A stretch of 64,000 nucleotides of DNA, taken from NCBI GenBank assembly GCA_020184695.1, contig JAANOX010000269.1, positions 186,001-250,000 on the forward strand. The letters are read 5' to 3'. The stretch's first letter is position 1; every line of letters starts with the position of its first letter. The translations under genes and the position numbers were made by a program. Origin of the DNA: Histomonas meleagridis 2922-C6/04-290x (lineage: Eukaryota > Protista > Parabasalia). Under the pieces are notes generated by a model that saw nothing but the letters and a program-made list of their open reading frames with translations, was not told the DNA's origin and did not search any database. Below are positions 1 through 11,500 of this stretch, piece by piece.

Positions 1-1435
1 ATGAAACTTCTTTATTTATCTCAATTCCTTCACTTTCGATGTATGAAAAAATTTTGTTTTTGTTTCTCATTTTCATTTCTTTAAAGTTATATATTTCCCT
101 TTTAACTTTATCAATAAATTTATTGCGAAGTGCTTCGTATTTGTCATTGTAACTTTTTTCGAATGTTTCGAATAAAATTACATTTTTTTGTTTTTCTTTA
201 TCCCACATATCTTCAATCATTTCATCATTGATTTGATTTTTAATAATTTGATTTTTGATTGGTTCAAAATAATTTTTAATACTTTGTTCTGATAAAACAT
301 TTGCTTCGAGTTCTTCAAGCTTTCCTTCAATCCAAACTTTAACTTCGTTTTGTATATTTGTTACAAATTCTTCAATAGCATTTGGTATTAACTTTTTATA
401 TATTTCATTTTGTTGAATACATTTATTGATTCCTTCGCGTGCAAATGATTTATCATTAATAAATTTTATACATTTATTATAATCTAATTTCAAATCATTT
501 ATATATTCCGTAATCATTTGTCTTGAATTTTCTTCAAAATTTGTTTTAAATGATGAATTAATTTGCTCAATTTGCTGATTTGAATCATTTAAATCGTTAA
601 ACATTGTAAACAAAACTTTAATCATTTCACAAAGTAATTGACCATTTAATACATTTTCTTTATCCAAAATTTGCATCGTAATTTGTTTAAAAATTTTGTT
701 TATTCTTTTCCAATAAAATTCAAGTTCGATATTATCATTTTCATCATTTGATACATATTCTGGAATAACTATAACTGATAAAAGTTTAGATATATCGAAA
801 CCATTTCCAAATGATAAAATTTTTTCTCGCGTTTTTTCTGTCTGACTTTGAATATATTCTTTCATTCGATTTGAATCATTCTTAAATTTGTTCGGAATAT
901 CTTTAAGTGTAATCAAAAGAATTGGCTGACAAATTTCTTTATCTGATATTGTTGGGAATATTTTCTTTATATAAGAACTATATTCAATGTTTTCTAATAC
1001 ATTTTGCATGGAAGAGCCATATGGAATATCTTCATTAACATAAATTGAGATAATAGAAACTTGCAGAAGTGTTAACAAAGAAATGTTTTCTGAAGGTAAA
1101 GCAGTGCCTTCTGTATCAATAAAGAATAAATCATTTTCGTTGTCATTAATTGATTTGATTTTCAATCTTTCTTGTAAATCTTTGATTTTAAATGGTCCGA
1201 TGATGTTGACATTCTTTGTAGGTTGGTCTTCAAATGCCCCTTCTTTGTTACAAAAATAATCACCACTTGGACCACTTATTAAATGATTTAAAAATGAAGT
1301 TTTTCCTGTTTGCGTTTTTCCATAAATAATAATAAGATTAGGTCTTTTAGATGAAGATAAAATATCTAAGGCCTTTGAGTTGATTGTAGGATTTTCATTT
1401 TCATATGTTATAAACGGAATTGGTTGCGGTAACAT
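1..1435 (-). CDS. GBP/atlastin-like P-loop GTPase with helical C-terminus (3' end runs off the window)
   Basis: Translated by hand from ATG at 1435 with no stop before position 1, so it is absent from the ORF track. It begins MLPQPIPFITYENENPTINSKALDILSSSKRPNLIIIYGKTQTGKTSFLNHL (G1 P-loop) and later has FFIDTEG (the DTEG G3 motif typical of GBP/atlastin/RHD3). Confidence 0.75.
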   Translation of the reverse strand, partial: MLPQPIPFITYENENPTINSKALDILSSSKRPNLIIIYGKTQTGKTSFLNHLISGPSGDYFCNKEGAFEDQPTKNVNIIGPFKIKDLQERLKIKSINDNENDLFFIDTEGTALPSENISLLTLLQVSIISIYVNEDIPYGSSMQNVLENIEYSSYIKKIFPTISDKEICQPILLITLKDIPNKFKNDSNRMKEYIQSQTEKTREKILSFGNGFDISKLLSVIVIPEYVSNDENDNIELEFYWKRINKIFKQITMQILDKENVLNGQLLCEMIKVLFTMFNDLNDSNQQIEQINSSFKTNFEENSRQMITEYINDLKLDYNKCIKFINDKSFAREGINKCIQQNEIYKKLIPNAIEEFVTNIQNEVKVWIEGKLEELEANVLSEQSIKNYFEPIKNQIIKNQINDEMIEDMWDKEKQKNVILFETFEKSYNDKYEALRNKFIDKVKREIYNFKEMKMRNKNKIFSYIESEGIEINKEVS

Positions 1436-1622
1436 TTGTTAATAATATTATTCTCTAGAGAAGTTGGTTGTCAAAAAATGGCAAATTCGAATTCGTTTTC
1501 CGTTTAATGAAAGCTTTGGCCCTACTCAAATGATTTTATAAAAAAAGACTATTAATTCGTGATTAAATTAACTAAAGAAACTTTATTTACTTAGAAAAGA
1601 GTTTTCACACATGTAATAATTT

Positions 1623-2000
1623 TCATACCATAGTACGAAGAACCTTTATGGCTTCTGCTTCATTTCCATCATACATAACAAGAACCTGTGAGATCTCAAA
1701 GAAACTCAAAGTACCTCCAAATTCCCTTTGAATCTCTTCACTGATTTTGATCTTTTTTTTGGGTTCATTTTTCTTAATTTCATTCACGTCTTTCTCTAAA
1801 AGGAGAACAGCGGCATTGTTAAGATTGTTGTCTGCAATTTCAAGTGCTTTCCTGCATTCTTCGTCTGACGCTTCTAATATCAACTTTAACTTGTGAACTT
1901 CCCTTTGAGTAGAATTGCCTTCAACATTTCCTGCAAGCCTATATTGACCGTGTGTAGTTTCTGTGTTGTCTTGGTTTGTTGTTTGATCAACAGCGCTCAT
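1623..2000 (-). CDS. Small UBA-domain protein (two UBA-like helical bundles)
   Basis: ASDEECRKALEIADNNLNNAAVLLL and FEISQVLVMYDGNEAEAIKVL resemble UBA/CUE helices. An Inr-like TCATTT and an M3-like motif lie just upstream of the ATG. Confidence 0.65.
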   Translation of the reverse strand: MSAVDQTTNQDNTETTHGQYRLAGNVEGNSTQREVHKLKLILEASDEECRKALEIADNNLNNAAVLLLEKDVNEIKKNEPKKKIKISEEIQREFGGTLSFFEISQVLVMYDGNEAEAIKVLRTMV

Positions 2001-2026
2001 GAAAGAAAAATGAAATTTTCACAATT

Positions 2027-2034
2027 TAACGGTT
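2027..2034 (-). promoter_or_regulatory. M3-like core promoter motif (RRCSGTTD) AACCGTTA
   Basis: Lies 27-34 nt upstream of ATG 2000 and matches the T. vaginalis motif-3 consensus bound by a Myb-like protein. Confidence 0.45.
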
Positions 2035-2918
2035 TATTATATATATATTTTGACACAAAAGCAGTCAGAATATTTACGGCATTTTTCTGTTTTTATTTGT
2101 TCGGCCAATTTAAATTTGTATGTCAAAAGATCATCAAAAAGCTTTCATTAACCGCCAGGTCGAAGTAAAGTATACAAATTTTAAACGGTTTGAAATATTT
2201 GCCATGTAAATTATTAATCAATTGGCTGAATTCCTCTCATAGAAATGTTCTGTATCAAATAAATAAAAGTTGTTTGAAGTTTATAATTTTATGTTGTATT
2301 TGTTAATAGATACCAATTACAAATATGAAAAGTTTTTACTATTAAGAAGCCCTAAAAAAATTAATAATAATATCAAATACCAAAATGAAAGTTCTTTCTT
2401 CCTCGAGTTGGCCACCTCTTTAATTTTGTTAAATTTTTCCATCATAAATGTTAATATTTTTATTTTGAATACAATATAATATATTGAATGAAAATAGATA
2501 AATAAATATAAATGAAAATCAAAACAAAAATTAAGGTAGATAATAATGCACATAATAATATATTTATTTCTCACATTCTCAAATATTCATACGTTAATTC
2601 TTTTTTTTCTTTCATTTCTGTATTTTGATCTTTCCCTTCATAAAGTTAAATTTACTTGAAAAATTCATTTGTATTCCGATAGTAATCATCATATATGTTC
2701 TTATTTTAAAATATTAACGTAATTTTAAGATCATTTCTCTTTGTTAATAATGATTTTTCTCAAATTATCGATTACAATTAAAAATCACACAAATTATAAG
2801 TGATCATAATGTTTCAAGCATACAAACACCATTTTTATTTTTTAAAAAATTATAAACAGTTTTACATTAAACCAAACATTTCACTTATTGCATATATTTA
2901 CGTTCTTTTCTTCTTTTG

Positions 2919-3629
2919 CTACTTTATATTTCTCACCTCCATTGTCTGCACTTCTTCTTCCGCGTACAAGTTTGCCTCTGTCTGTGCCTCTGCTTCCACT
3001 TTCTCCTTCACCAGCACATCCTTTGCCAGCCTGGTCATCACATCGATTTTCTCGAACAGGAATTGCTCAAATTTTCCGATACTTTCTTTTGCGCATTTAC
3101 TCTTATCGTTTAGAATTTCCTTTAACATTTTATGTATTTTATCATATTTCTCTTTATCATAACCAAACTCGAAGCCTCCGTATTTCATTATCAGCATCAA
3201 CATATCAATTATTTCTGGTTTTGTTAATTTCATTTCGTCATGTAATGGTTGCTTAAACTCTGATGTAGAAGGAGGACCGGATAAATTATGTTTACATTGT
3301 TTAGGCGTTGCTCGAATAAATCGGACGCAAATGTTGTTACATTTTCAACTTCTTTACTAAATTCGATTTTCTTTTCTTTAGAAGAAGAACATGATGAAGA
3401 AGATGAAGAAATTTTCTCATGATTATGAAAATAATTATTTAATGGGTTTTCATTTATTTCATCTGTTAAAAGATTTAATCCAAATGCTACGACATTAGAT
3501 TTATAAAATCTGTTTGTTTTGTTTTCATTATTGTATTCTCGTAAATCGAATAGTATTATTATTTTTTTAATTTTTTTGATTGTTTTAATTAATTAATTTA
3601 AAAATAGGAAAATTAAATGGACTAAACAT
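2919..3629 (-). pseudogene. Degenerate or frameshifted hypothetical gene; the 104-aa ORF 2919-3233 is the 3' part
   Basis: Coding-like sequence continues upstream in other frames (ILFDLREYNNENKTNRFYKSNVVAFGLNLL...KEVENVTTF) back to an ATG at 3629. At least two frameshifts are needed to join the pieces. Confidence 0.35.
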
Positions 3630-3806
3630 TGTTGCGATATTTTTCGGTAATATTAGTTAAATAGATTTTAACCTACAAAAGAATGCGTTAAGTTCCTTGT
3701 AAATGCAGAATTCCGATGGCTATTGCACAAGAAGTGCTAACACAGACGGAACACCATATAATTGACGCTGAATTCGATATTTTAAAAAATTAAAACAACA
3801 AACAAT

Positions 3807-5024
3807 TTATTTCAAGTCAAGGATGACTTTATCTGATACGTCTTCTCTTTCTTCTAGTAGTTTGAACAGTTTTGCTGAACGCTCGTTTTGGACCTTTATC
3901 TGCTTTTTCAAGATCGTATTCTTCTGATTTAGATTCTCAAGCATTGTCATCTCCGGAGAATTCTTAATTTGGCTTAACTTTTTCTCTATCTCAGCGTTAT
4001 CTTTTTTTATTTTCAACGCAAGTTGATAATCCGCTTCAAGTTGATTTTCTTGTGATGTCAAAATTTCTATTTGTTTCATCAGATTTTGTATTTCGTCGTT
4101 TGCTTCATTGCTCATCTCTTCGATTTCTTCTTCTTCTTTCTTCCGAATCGATGAAATCCCATCAAGTAACATTTTTTTATATTGAACAACAACTTCATCA
4201 TTTGCTTCATGTGGTTGATCATGAAACGCACGCTCGACTGATCTATCTGCTATATAATCCCATAGCCAATGAATATCATATCTTAAAGAAAATCGATGTT
4301 GAGTAGAATCAAAATGAAGGACCGCGTGCTTGTTTTGATCTCTACCACATCCAATGTGACCACATTCGAGGCAAACCCAAAGTTTAATTGTCTCTGAACA
4401 GCTGCTGCATGTATTTTCACCAAATATTGAATTGCATGCTTTACACTTCGGGGCGCCCCATAATTTGAATGAATCGATGTTAACGTCCTCCGGATTCGAT
4501 GATGCAAAATATGTTGAAATTAATGGATCAAAATATTGGAAACAGATAGGACAAAAAGGTAAGTTAAACTCACGAGTTGGCTCTTCATCAAATGTTGTAA
4601 TTGGTGTTATATTTAACTCTGGAGAAATTGTGCGAAGAAATAAAGAAATACAACGAATCGTTGGTGCTTTAATATCAAATGGAACACCTAATGAATTCAT
4701 ATAAAATGCATCTGCTCCTTCTTGCGTTTGAAACTGAATAATTACAATGCGTAAAAGATGATGAATAATTGTAATGTGTTGGTATTGAGGTGAATTTGTT
4801 TGAATAAATTTAAGAAGATCACTTACTTTCATTCCGTTTGGAATTGCAAGAATCATTATTGTGTTGCTTCGAGAAGGATGAAGAATTGGAAAATCCCAAG
4901 TTAAATGAGGGGATAATGTAGTCATCAACTTCCATAGCTTCATGTCATTAATTGCGATTTCGCGAATGTCTGGATTTTCAGGAGGAACTTGGGATATTTC
5001 ACCCAAAATTTCCAGCTCAAACAT
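3807..5024 (-). CDS. BRAP: BRCA1-associated protein 2 (BRAP2/IMP/Etp1)-like: BRAP2 RRM-like domain, degenerate RING, UBP-type zinc finger, coiled coil
   Basis: Domain order matches. Contains IVIIQFQTQEGADAFYMNSLGVPF (BRAP2 domain), CSSCSETIKLWVCLECGHIGCGRDQNKHAVLHFDSTQHRFSL (ZnF-UBP), WLWDYIADRSVER and a C-terminal coiled coil. Confidence 0.88.
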   Translation of the reverse strand: MFELEILGEISQVPPENPDIREIAINDMKLWKLMTTLSPHLTWDFPILHPSRSNTIMILAIPNGMKVSDLLKFIQTNSPQYQHITIIHHLLRIVIIQFQTQEGADAFYMNSLGVPFDIKAPTIRCISLFLRTISPELNITPITTFDEEPTREFNLPFCPICFQYFDPLISTYFASSNPEDVNIDSFKLWGAPKCKACNSIFGENTCSSCSETIKLWVCLECGHIGCGRDQNKHAVLHFDSTQHRFSLRYDIHWLWDYIADRSVERAFHDQPHEANDEVVVQYKKMLLDGISSIRKKEEEEIEEMSNEANDEIQNLMKQIEILTSQENQLEADYQLALKIKKDNAEIEKKLSQIKNSPEMTMLENLNQKNTILKKQIKVQNERSAKLFKLLEEREDVSDKVILDLK

Positions 5025-5539
5025 TTTGCTTTTTTATGTGAACCCGTTTATTTAATTAGGGAATAAACTTTTTAAAAAGTTATTTTGGAAAAAAACGATA
5101 TGTAATAAACAGTCGAAATCGTACGTTAAAATGACAACCGGCCCGCAAAAGTGACATTTTAATTGACTAAAATTTATATGACATAAAACCCGCTATCGTT
5201 ATATATTGAAAATTCTATCGGTAATGCCAACAGATTAAACGAAATATTTTTATTAATTTGTTTATAGAGCGAGAAATGATAAAATTTTTAGACATACCAT
5301 TAAAAATAATGTTCTTTATTTAATGTACTCATTGATAATGTAATAATTTTATAATTCGATCTTCGAAATCTTATAAAAATTTTATAATGCTCTTATGTAA
5401 TTTAACACCTTAAAATGATAATTGGTTGGTAAATTTTCAGCAGAACTTGTAATTAAATGATAAATTTGTTGGTCAAAAACATAAACATCGGTTGAATTCA
5501 TATTCAAATTTGTATGTTAAAATCTATGCTTTACAAATC

Positions 5540-5547
5540 AACGGTTG
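5540..5547 (+). promoter_or_regulatory. M3-like core promoter motif AACGGTTG
   Basis: Matches RRCSGTTD and lies about 35-40 nt upstream of ATG 5581. Confidence 0.45.
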
Positions 5548-5580
5548 CAAATTGGGGAATAAGAAGGAGATAAGAACATA

Positions 5581-8500
5581 ATGAGAACTTCAAACAGGCA
5601 AAATCAAAGTAGCACACCGGACGAGGACGAAACAATTTCTAACAGTGTTGAAATTTTCAATGTTTTTTTGGATGAATTATCTTTATCAAAAATATTTGAA
5701 AGGACCGATCCAGAAGAAACCAACCAACAAAATAAACAAACTGACAACATTTTATCAAATGAAACATATTTTGTTGACATTCTTTTAAATCCTCTAATTT
5801 ATACACAGTATGATTCACATTTCAAAGTCTGGCAAAAAATTATTGCGCCAGCCTTTACCAAAAATCAAGAAAATACTCCAATGTCTTACAGAACTCTCCA
5901 ATCTTATTTTTCATTTTTAAAACTAAGATCCAAAAATCTCCATACAGATTCTGAAATTCTCCAATCCAAAAAAGAATCACAAGAACAAGAACTCATTAGA
6001 AATCTCCATGTTATCCGTTCAATATACAAAAAGCCCAACATTGATTTATCAAGGTTTTTAAATTATGATTTAATCAATGATCCACTTGAAATCAGTACAC
6101 AATTTCGAAATTCTATTGTTGATTATTCCTCATGTCTTTCGGCATTACTTTATGGAATTAATAGTTATGATCTTACATTAGTATTAGAATCATTATTTCA
6201 TTTCATGATTGATAATTATTCACCGGTGAACAGTTCACTTTTTCCTTTTAACGAATTTTTTTTGCCAATTTCAAAGCTATCGCTCGTGAATTCAATTGAT
6301 TTCATAGGACACAAGTTTTTGCATAAAATCCCTCTTAACGGAATCAAAAAATTCAAATTAGATTCTTCACATAGTAAATCATTAATCTGTTGTAACAATG
6401 GCAAACGAATCTATGTCTTAGGATCACATTCCAAAATTAGCGTATTATCATTATCTAGGAATATTGTACAAAATGAAAGTCGATTACGAACAATAGACTT
6501 CAAAATGCCCAAAATTGAAGCGATTAATCTATTCATAACATCTTCGAATGGATATATTTTGTTGGGTGGTCCATATATGAAGAATTACAAAATCTTAAAA
6601 CAAAATCCTTTTTCAATCAGTGAAAATGAGCCAACTTATAAATCGTTAGACGAGGATACCAAAGTGTTCATCCCAAAACCAATACTTCCATTATGTTCAG
6701 ATGGTTATTATATTTATTCATTAAATTCCAACAAATTAATTTCGATATTTTCGTTAGAATCGAACACAATTATCTTCCATAAGACCATTGAACTGAAGCA
6801 AGGGACCAACAATTTAAATCCAAATTATCCCAAATTAATTCCAAACGAATTCCATACAGATTCATACATGTACACCAACGGTGCCACGCTAAGTTTTCTA
6901 ATCCCATATCAAAACTTTGACTCCAAACGCTTTCGATATTTTGTCAGAAATTTTTCCTTATTAAATGGCATTCATATCAATGACATTATCATCAATTTGC
7001 CCTTTGAATTGATATCCATTACATTTGACCCATGGAATAAAGTTGAATGGGCTTTAGCAATAAATTCCAATAAATTATATTTAGAAAAGTTTGAAGTTTA
7101 TGGGTCAATGCCTATTTGGATCACTGGTATTAACAATTATTATGTCTATGACTATGAATCTATCATTGATTTCTTTTTTATTATCATTGAGAAATTCATA
7201 TCACATTTCATTGGCTGTAATATTAAATCGATTATTAATAGTTATCAACAATATAACTTAGAAACGGAACAATTTTTTTCGCCGAACAACAAAAATGAGT
7301 TTTATCGAATCATAATTACATTTTTAAACTTTTTTATTGATTATATTATTGATAGTAATGATGTTAATTCTATTAAATATATTCAAACATTAATATCATT
7401 ATTACAATATAATTTATCTAATTCATTAAAACCTTTACTTAAATCAGTACAAGAGAACATATTAAATTGTTTTATACAAATGTTAAAGAATGAGAAATTT
7501 AATCGAATCTATAAATTAATAATATATACATTAATATCTTCATTTAATTCATTATTTAAAAACAATTATGAAAGTTGTTCATTAATATTTGAAATTATTT
7601 TCCAAAAATTAAAAATCGAAAATATCATTTTTTATATATCGTTAATTCAAGACACGAATAAAATTTGTTATTTATTTAATTCCAATACTATCAACTTAAT
7701 AATTGGTAATTTATTTGATGTTTTAGTAAATAATAAAAAACCAAATTATTTAACATCGGATGAAATGGAATTTTTATCGACATTTCAATATAGTTTATTA
7801 ATAGAAATAAATAAAATTTATAAAAATAATATCGATTCCAAATTAAAAGAAACTTTTTTTACATATTCGCAATTAATATTACAAAAAATTATACAATTCA
7901 TTATGATATCTTTATATGAAATACATTCGAATTTAAATCGAATATTATTTTCACCTTTTGTACAATTATTTCGTAAATTTATTTTGCTATTACAGAACTT
8001 GACGTCATATTACGAGATTTCGAGTAATTTGATATATTCTATTTTACCAACTTTTACTGCATTTTTACAATATTTAAATAAGATACAAAAAAATGAATTT
8101 GAAAATATAAATTTTTATAATAACAAAATCCAAACTAAATATTCATTTTTTCTAGAATTTTATTCTGTTTATATTGATATTATATTTTGTAATTTAGATG
8201 ATAAAAACGAATTAAAAATTTTGATGAAATATCCATTTTTAAATAATATAAAAAACATTGATATACCAAATAATATAATTAAAATTAGTAATAATGAAAT
8301 CTTTGAGAAAATGATTTTAAGTAATAAAAAGATGTCACTTTTCATCGGCAAAATTACAAATGAAGAGAAAAACATTTTAGGATTAATATTTGAAGCGTTT
8401 TCTAAACAAATTTTAAATAAAAATAATAATAAAAACACTACTGATGATATACATTTGATTATTGATTCAGTAATTAAAATTTATAGTGAAATGAAATTAA

Positions 8501-11500
8501 TTAAACAACAATCATTAAAGAATAAAATGATAAATTATAATAATTATATAAAAAACATTAAACAAAAGTCACAAATTATATTAAATTTAACAAATTGTAA
8601 TGAAAATTCTTTGAATTTAATAAAGAATTTCCAAATGTTCATTTTGGATGATTTTAATTTATCAATTATTAAGAACATTAATAAGATACAAAGAAATATT
8701 TCATTTACATTAAATTTAATTACAAAAACTTTAAACACGAAAATAAATTTTAATTACATTTTATATTTACTTGAAAAATTCGAGAAAATTGATCCGAATA
8801 ATTTTATTATTACATTAAATTATACAAAAAAAATCGATAAAAAAGATCATATCGGATATAGTTTTGTTATTGAATTATTAAAAATATTAAAGAAATTAAT
8901 GACAAAAAACATTTTCTCGAATAATTTCAAAGTTTTTTATTTAAATTTCTTAAACATAATTGGAAAATTTGATTCGAAATCATTTAATAAGAATTTAATG
9001 AATTTGATTTTGAATAATAAATTACCGAAAAATTTTCTCTTTTTAATAATTTCATTTTATTTCGGAATGAAATTCCAAAATCCGAATTTGAAATTAACAA
9101 ACATTAAATGTGATAAAGATAACATTGACGACATAAATTTTTTTATTTTGTTGATAAAAACAGGAAATCAAAATCCGTATAAATTTAAAGATATAAAAAA
9201 TTATTTTTATAAATGTTCACCTAAATATTATCATTTAATTTCTTTGTTGTTGTTTGAGATATTACAAAAGTCGAAAAATAAAATTAAAATATTTAAATGG
9301 ATATTAAATGAAATTTCATTAATATGTTTAGGAATCCAAAATTGTGATAATGAAAATAATACATCGAATTCATATATAAATGGATGTTGTGAATTAATCG
9401 AAATATTAAAATTATGTTTAACATATGAAAATGAAACTAAAAATGTTTTATATGAATTAATAAAAAATATTTTAATGAAAAAGAAAACTGATAAATTATA
9501 TTCAGTTTTTGCTATTTTATCAAATTCCATTAAAAACATTCGAATTAATTCATTAATCGAACGTAATAATGAAATATTTTATATTATTAATATAAACTAT
9601 GAAAAGAAAATTTATTTTTGTTATAAAATTCCAATAAATGATGAGTCGATTATTATCGAAATTAATTTTAATGAAGATATTAAACCAATTTCGAATTATC
9701 CATTTAAGCCAAATTTATTTAAAGAAATCGATTTATTAATTCCTTATTTCATTAATGCTTTAAATAATGATATTAAAAGTCCTTTAAATTATTATATATT
9801 AAGTTCGTTGTCAATATATTTAAAAGAAAAAGAATTTCTACAAAAGTTTTTATTGAGAAAATTCACTTTAAATTCATTCGATTTTAATAACTCGAAAAAT
9901 GATTTTTTGTTATTATTAAAAATGAATTTAAATATGAAAAGTTTAGGATTTAAAAATCAAATTCATTTCGATGATAAATTTTATAATTCCGATTTCACGA
10001 AAATTAATTGTAAAATTACAAAAAATGAAATTATTACTCAAGAAGAAAATGAATTTAATTTATTCGTTTCATCAATTTTAAGTCAAAATCAAATTAATTT
10101 TTTAGAAATCGACGTCGATAGCGATGTAAACTTCGGAATTCAGAACTTTTCCGTAACGCCCTCAAATACTTTGACATATTTATATTCAACTAAAACAAAA
10201 CAATTTATTTATAATTCTTATTTAATTACTAAAAAAATTGATGAAAATATAAAAAATTTTTTGGTGATTTATAATCCATTTAAAAAAAAAGTAAAATTTT
10301 ATACTAAAAATATTAAATTAAATTCATTTAAAATTAATGGAAAAAATATTTGTTTTATCATTCAAACATTTACTAAAACTAAAATTAATTATAAAATTTA
10401 TTCGAAAATTAATTCATTTAATTATAATTGTCCTTATTCAGGTAAAATTATATTTCATAAACAAAAGAACAATAAAATACTTTACGACAAAAGTGCCAAA
10501 GTTATATTACAAAATAATTTAATACAAATGAAATGTAAAACTTTTTTAAAATTAAGAAATAACATCATAGGAAATAATTCATTTATAATATATCCGAATG
10601 ATATTCCGATAAATTTCACTAAATTAAAACAAAATAATATTTCCAATATTAAAACTCCTATTTTTATAACAAAAACAAAAAACTTTTTAACAAATTTAAT
10701 CATAAAAACAGAAAACAATAAATATATATATCCATTACATCCGAATTATTATCAGTTTTTACCAACGAATATTATAAACTTTTATTCAACTTCAATTATT
10801 AATAATATACAAAATGAAACGAAAAATGAAATTTTATTTTATACATTTTATAATAACATTTTTACTGATTTAAATGAAATATTTGAAATATTTTCATTAA
10901 ATTATAATAATTTAATTGAATATATAATATATTTATTAATTTATATCGAACCAATAAATTTAAACACAAAAAAATTAATAAATTTCGGAATTAATGTAAT
11001 TGATTTACAAATATCAAACAAATATTTACATAAAATTACATTAATGAATTTAATTAATTTGATGAAAAAAAACACAAATTTATTTATCGATAAATTATTT
11101 GATTATTTAATGAATTTGTTTAATAATACTTCGGAACATTTCATATTAAAAAATCATCCAAACGCGTTAACAATATCATTAAAACATATCCAAAAGAATA
11201 AAACGATTTTGATACCAAACGCAAATTATTTGTTAATATTTAAATCCGATTTCTCATGTAATACTTCAAACAAAACTTTAGTGAAACTTTTAACAAATAA
11301 TAAAATAATCGAAATAAAAAATGAAATTTATATCATCAAAAATAATGAAATTACTTTTGGAAATATTAATGAAAATATTAATAATAATTTAATCATTTTA
11401 CCAATTTATAATAATATAAATGTTTCATTTTATGGAACTTTCTTAAGATTAATTATAACTTTAAAATATTTCATATATTTCATTAAAGTTTTCGGAGTTA

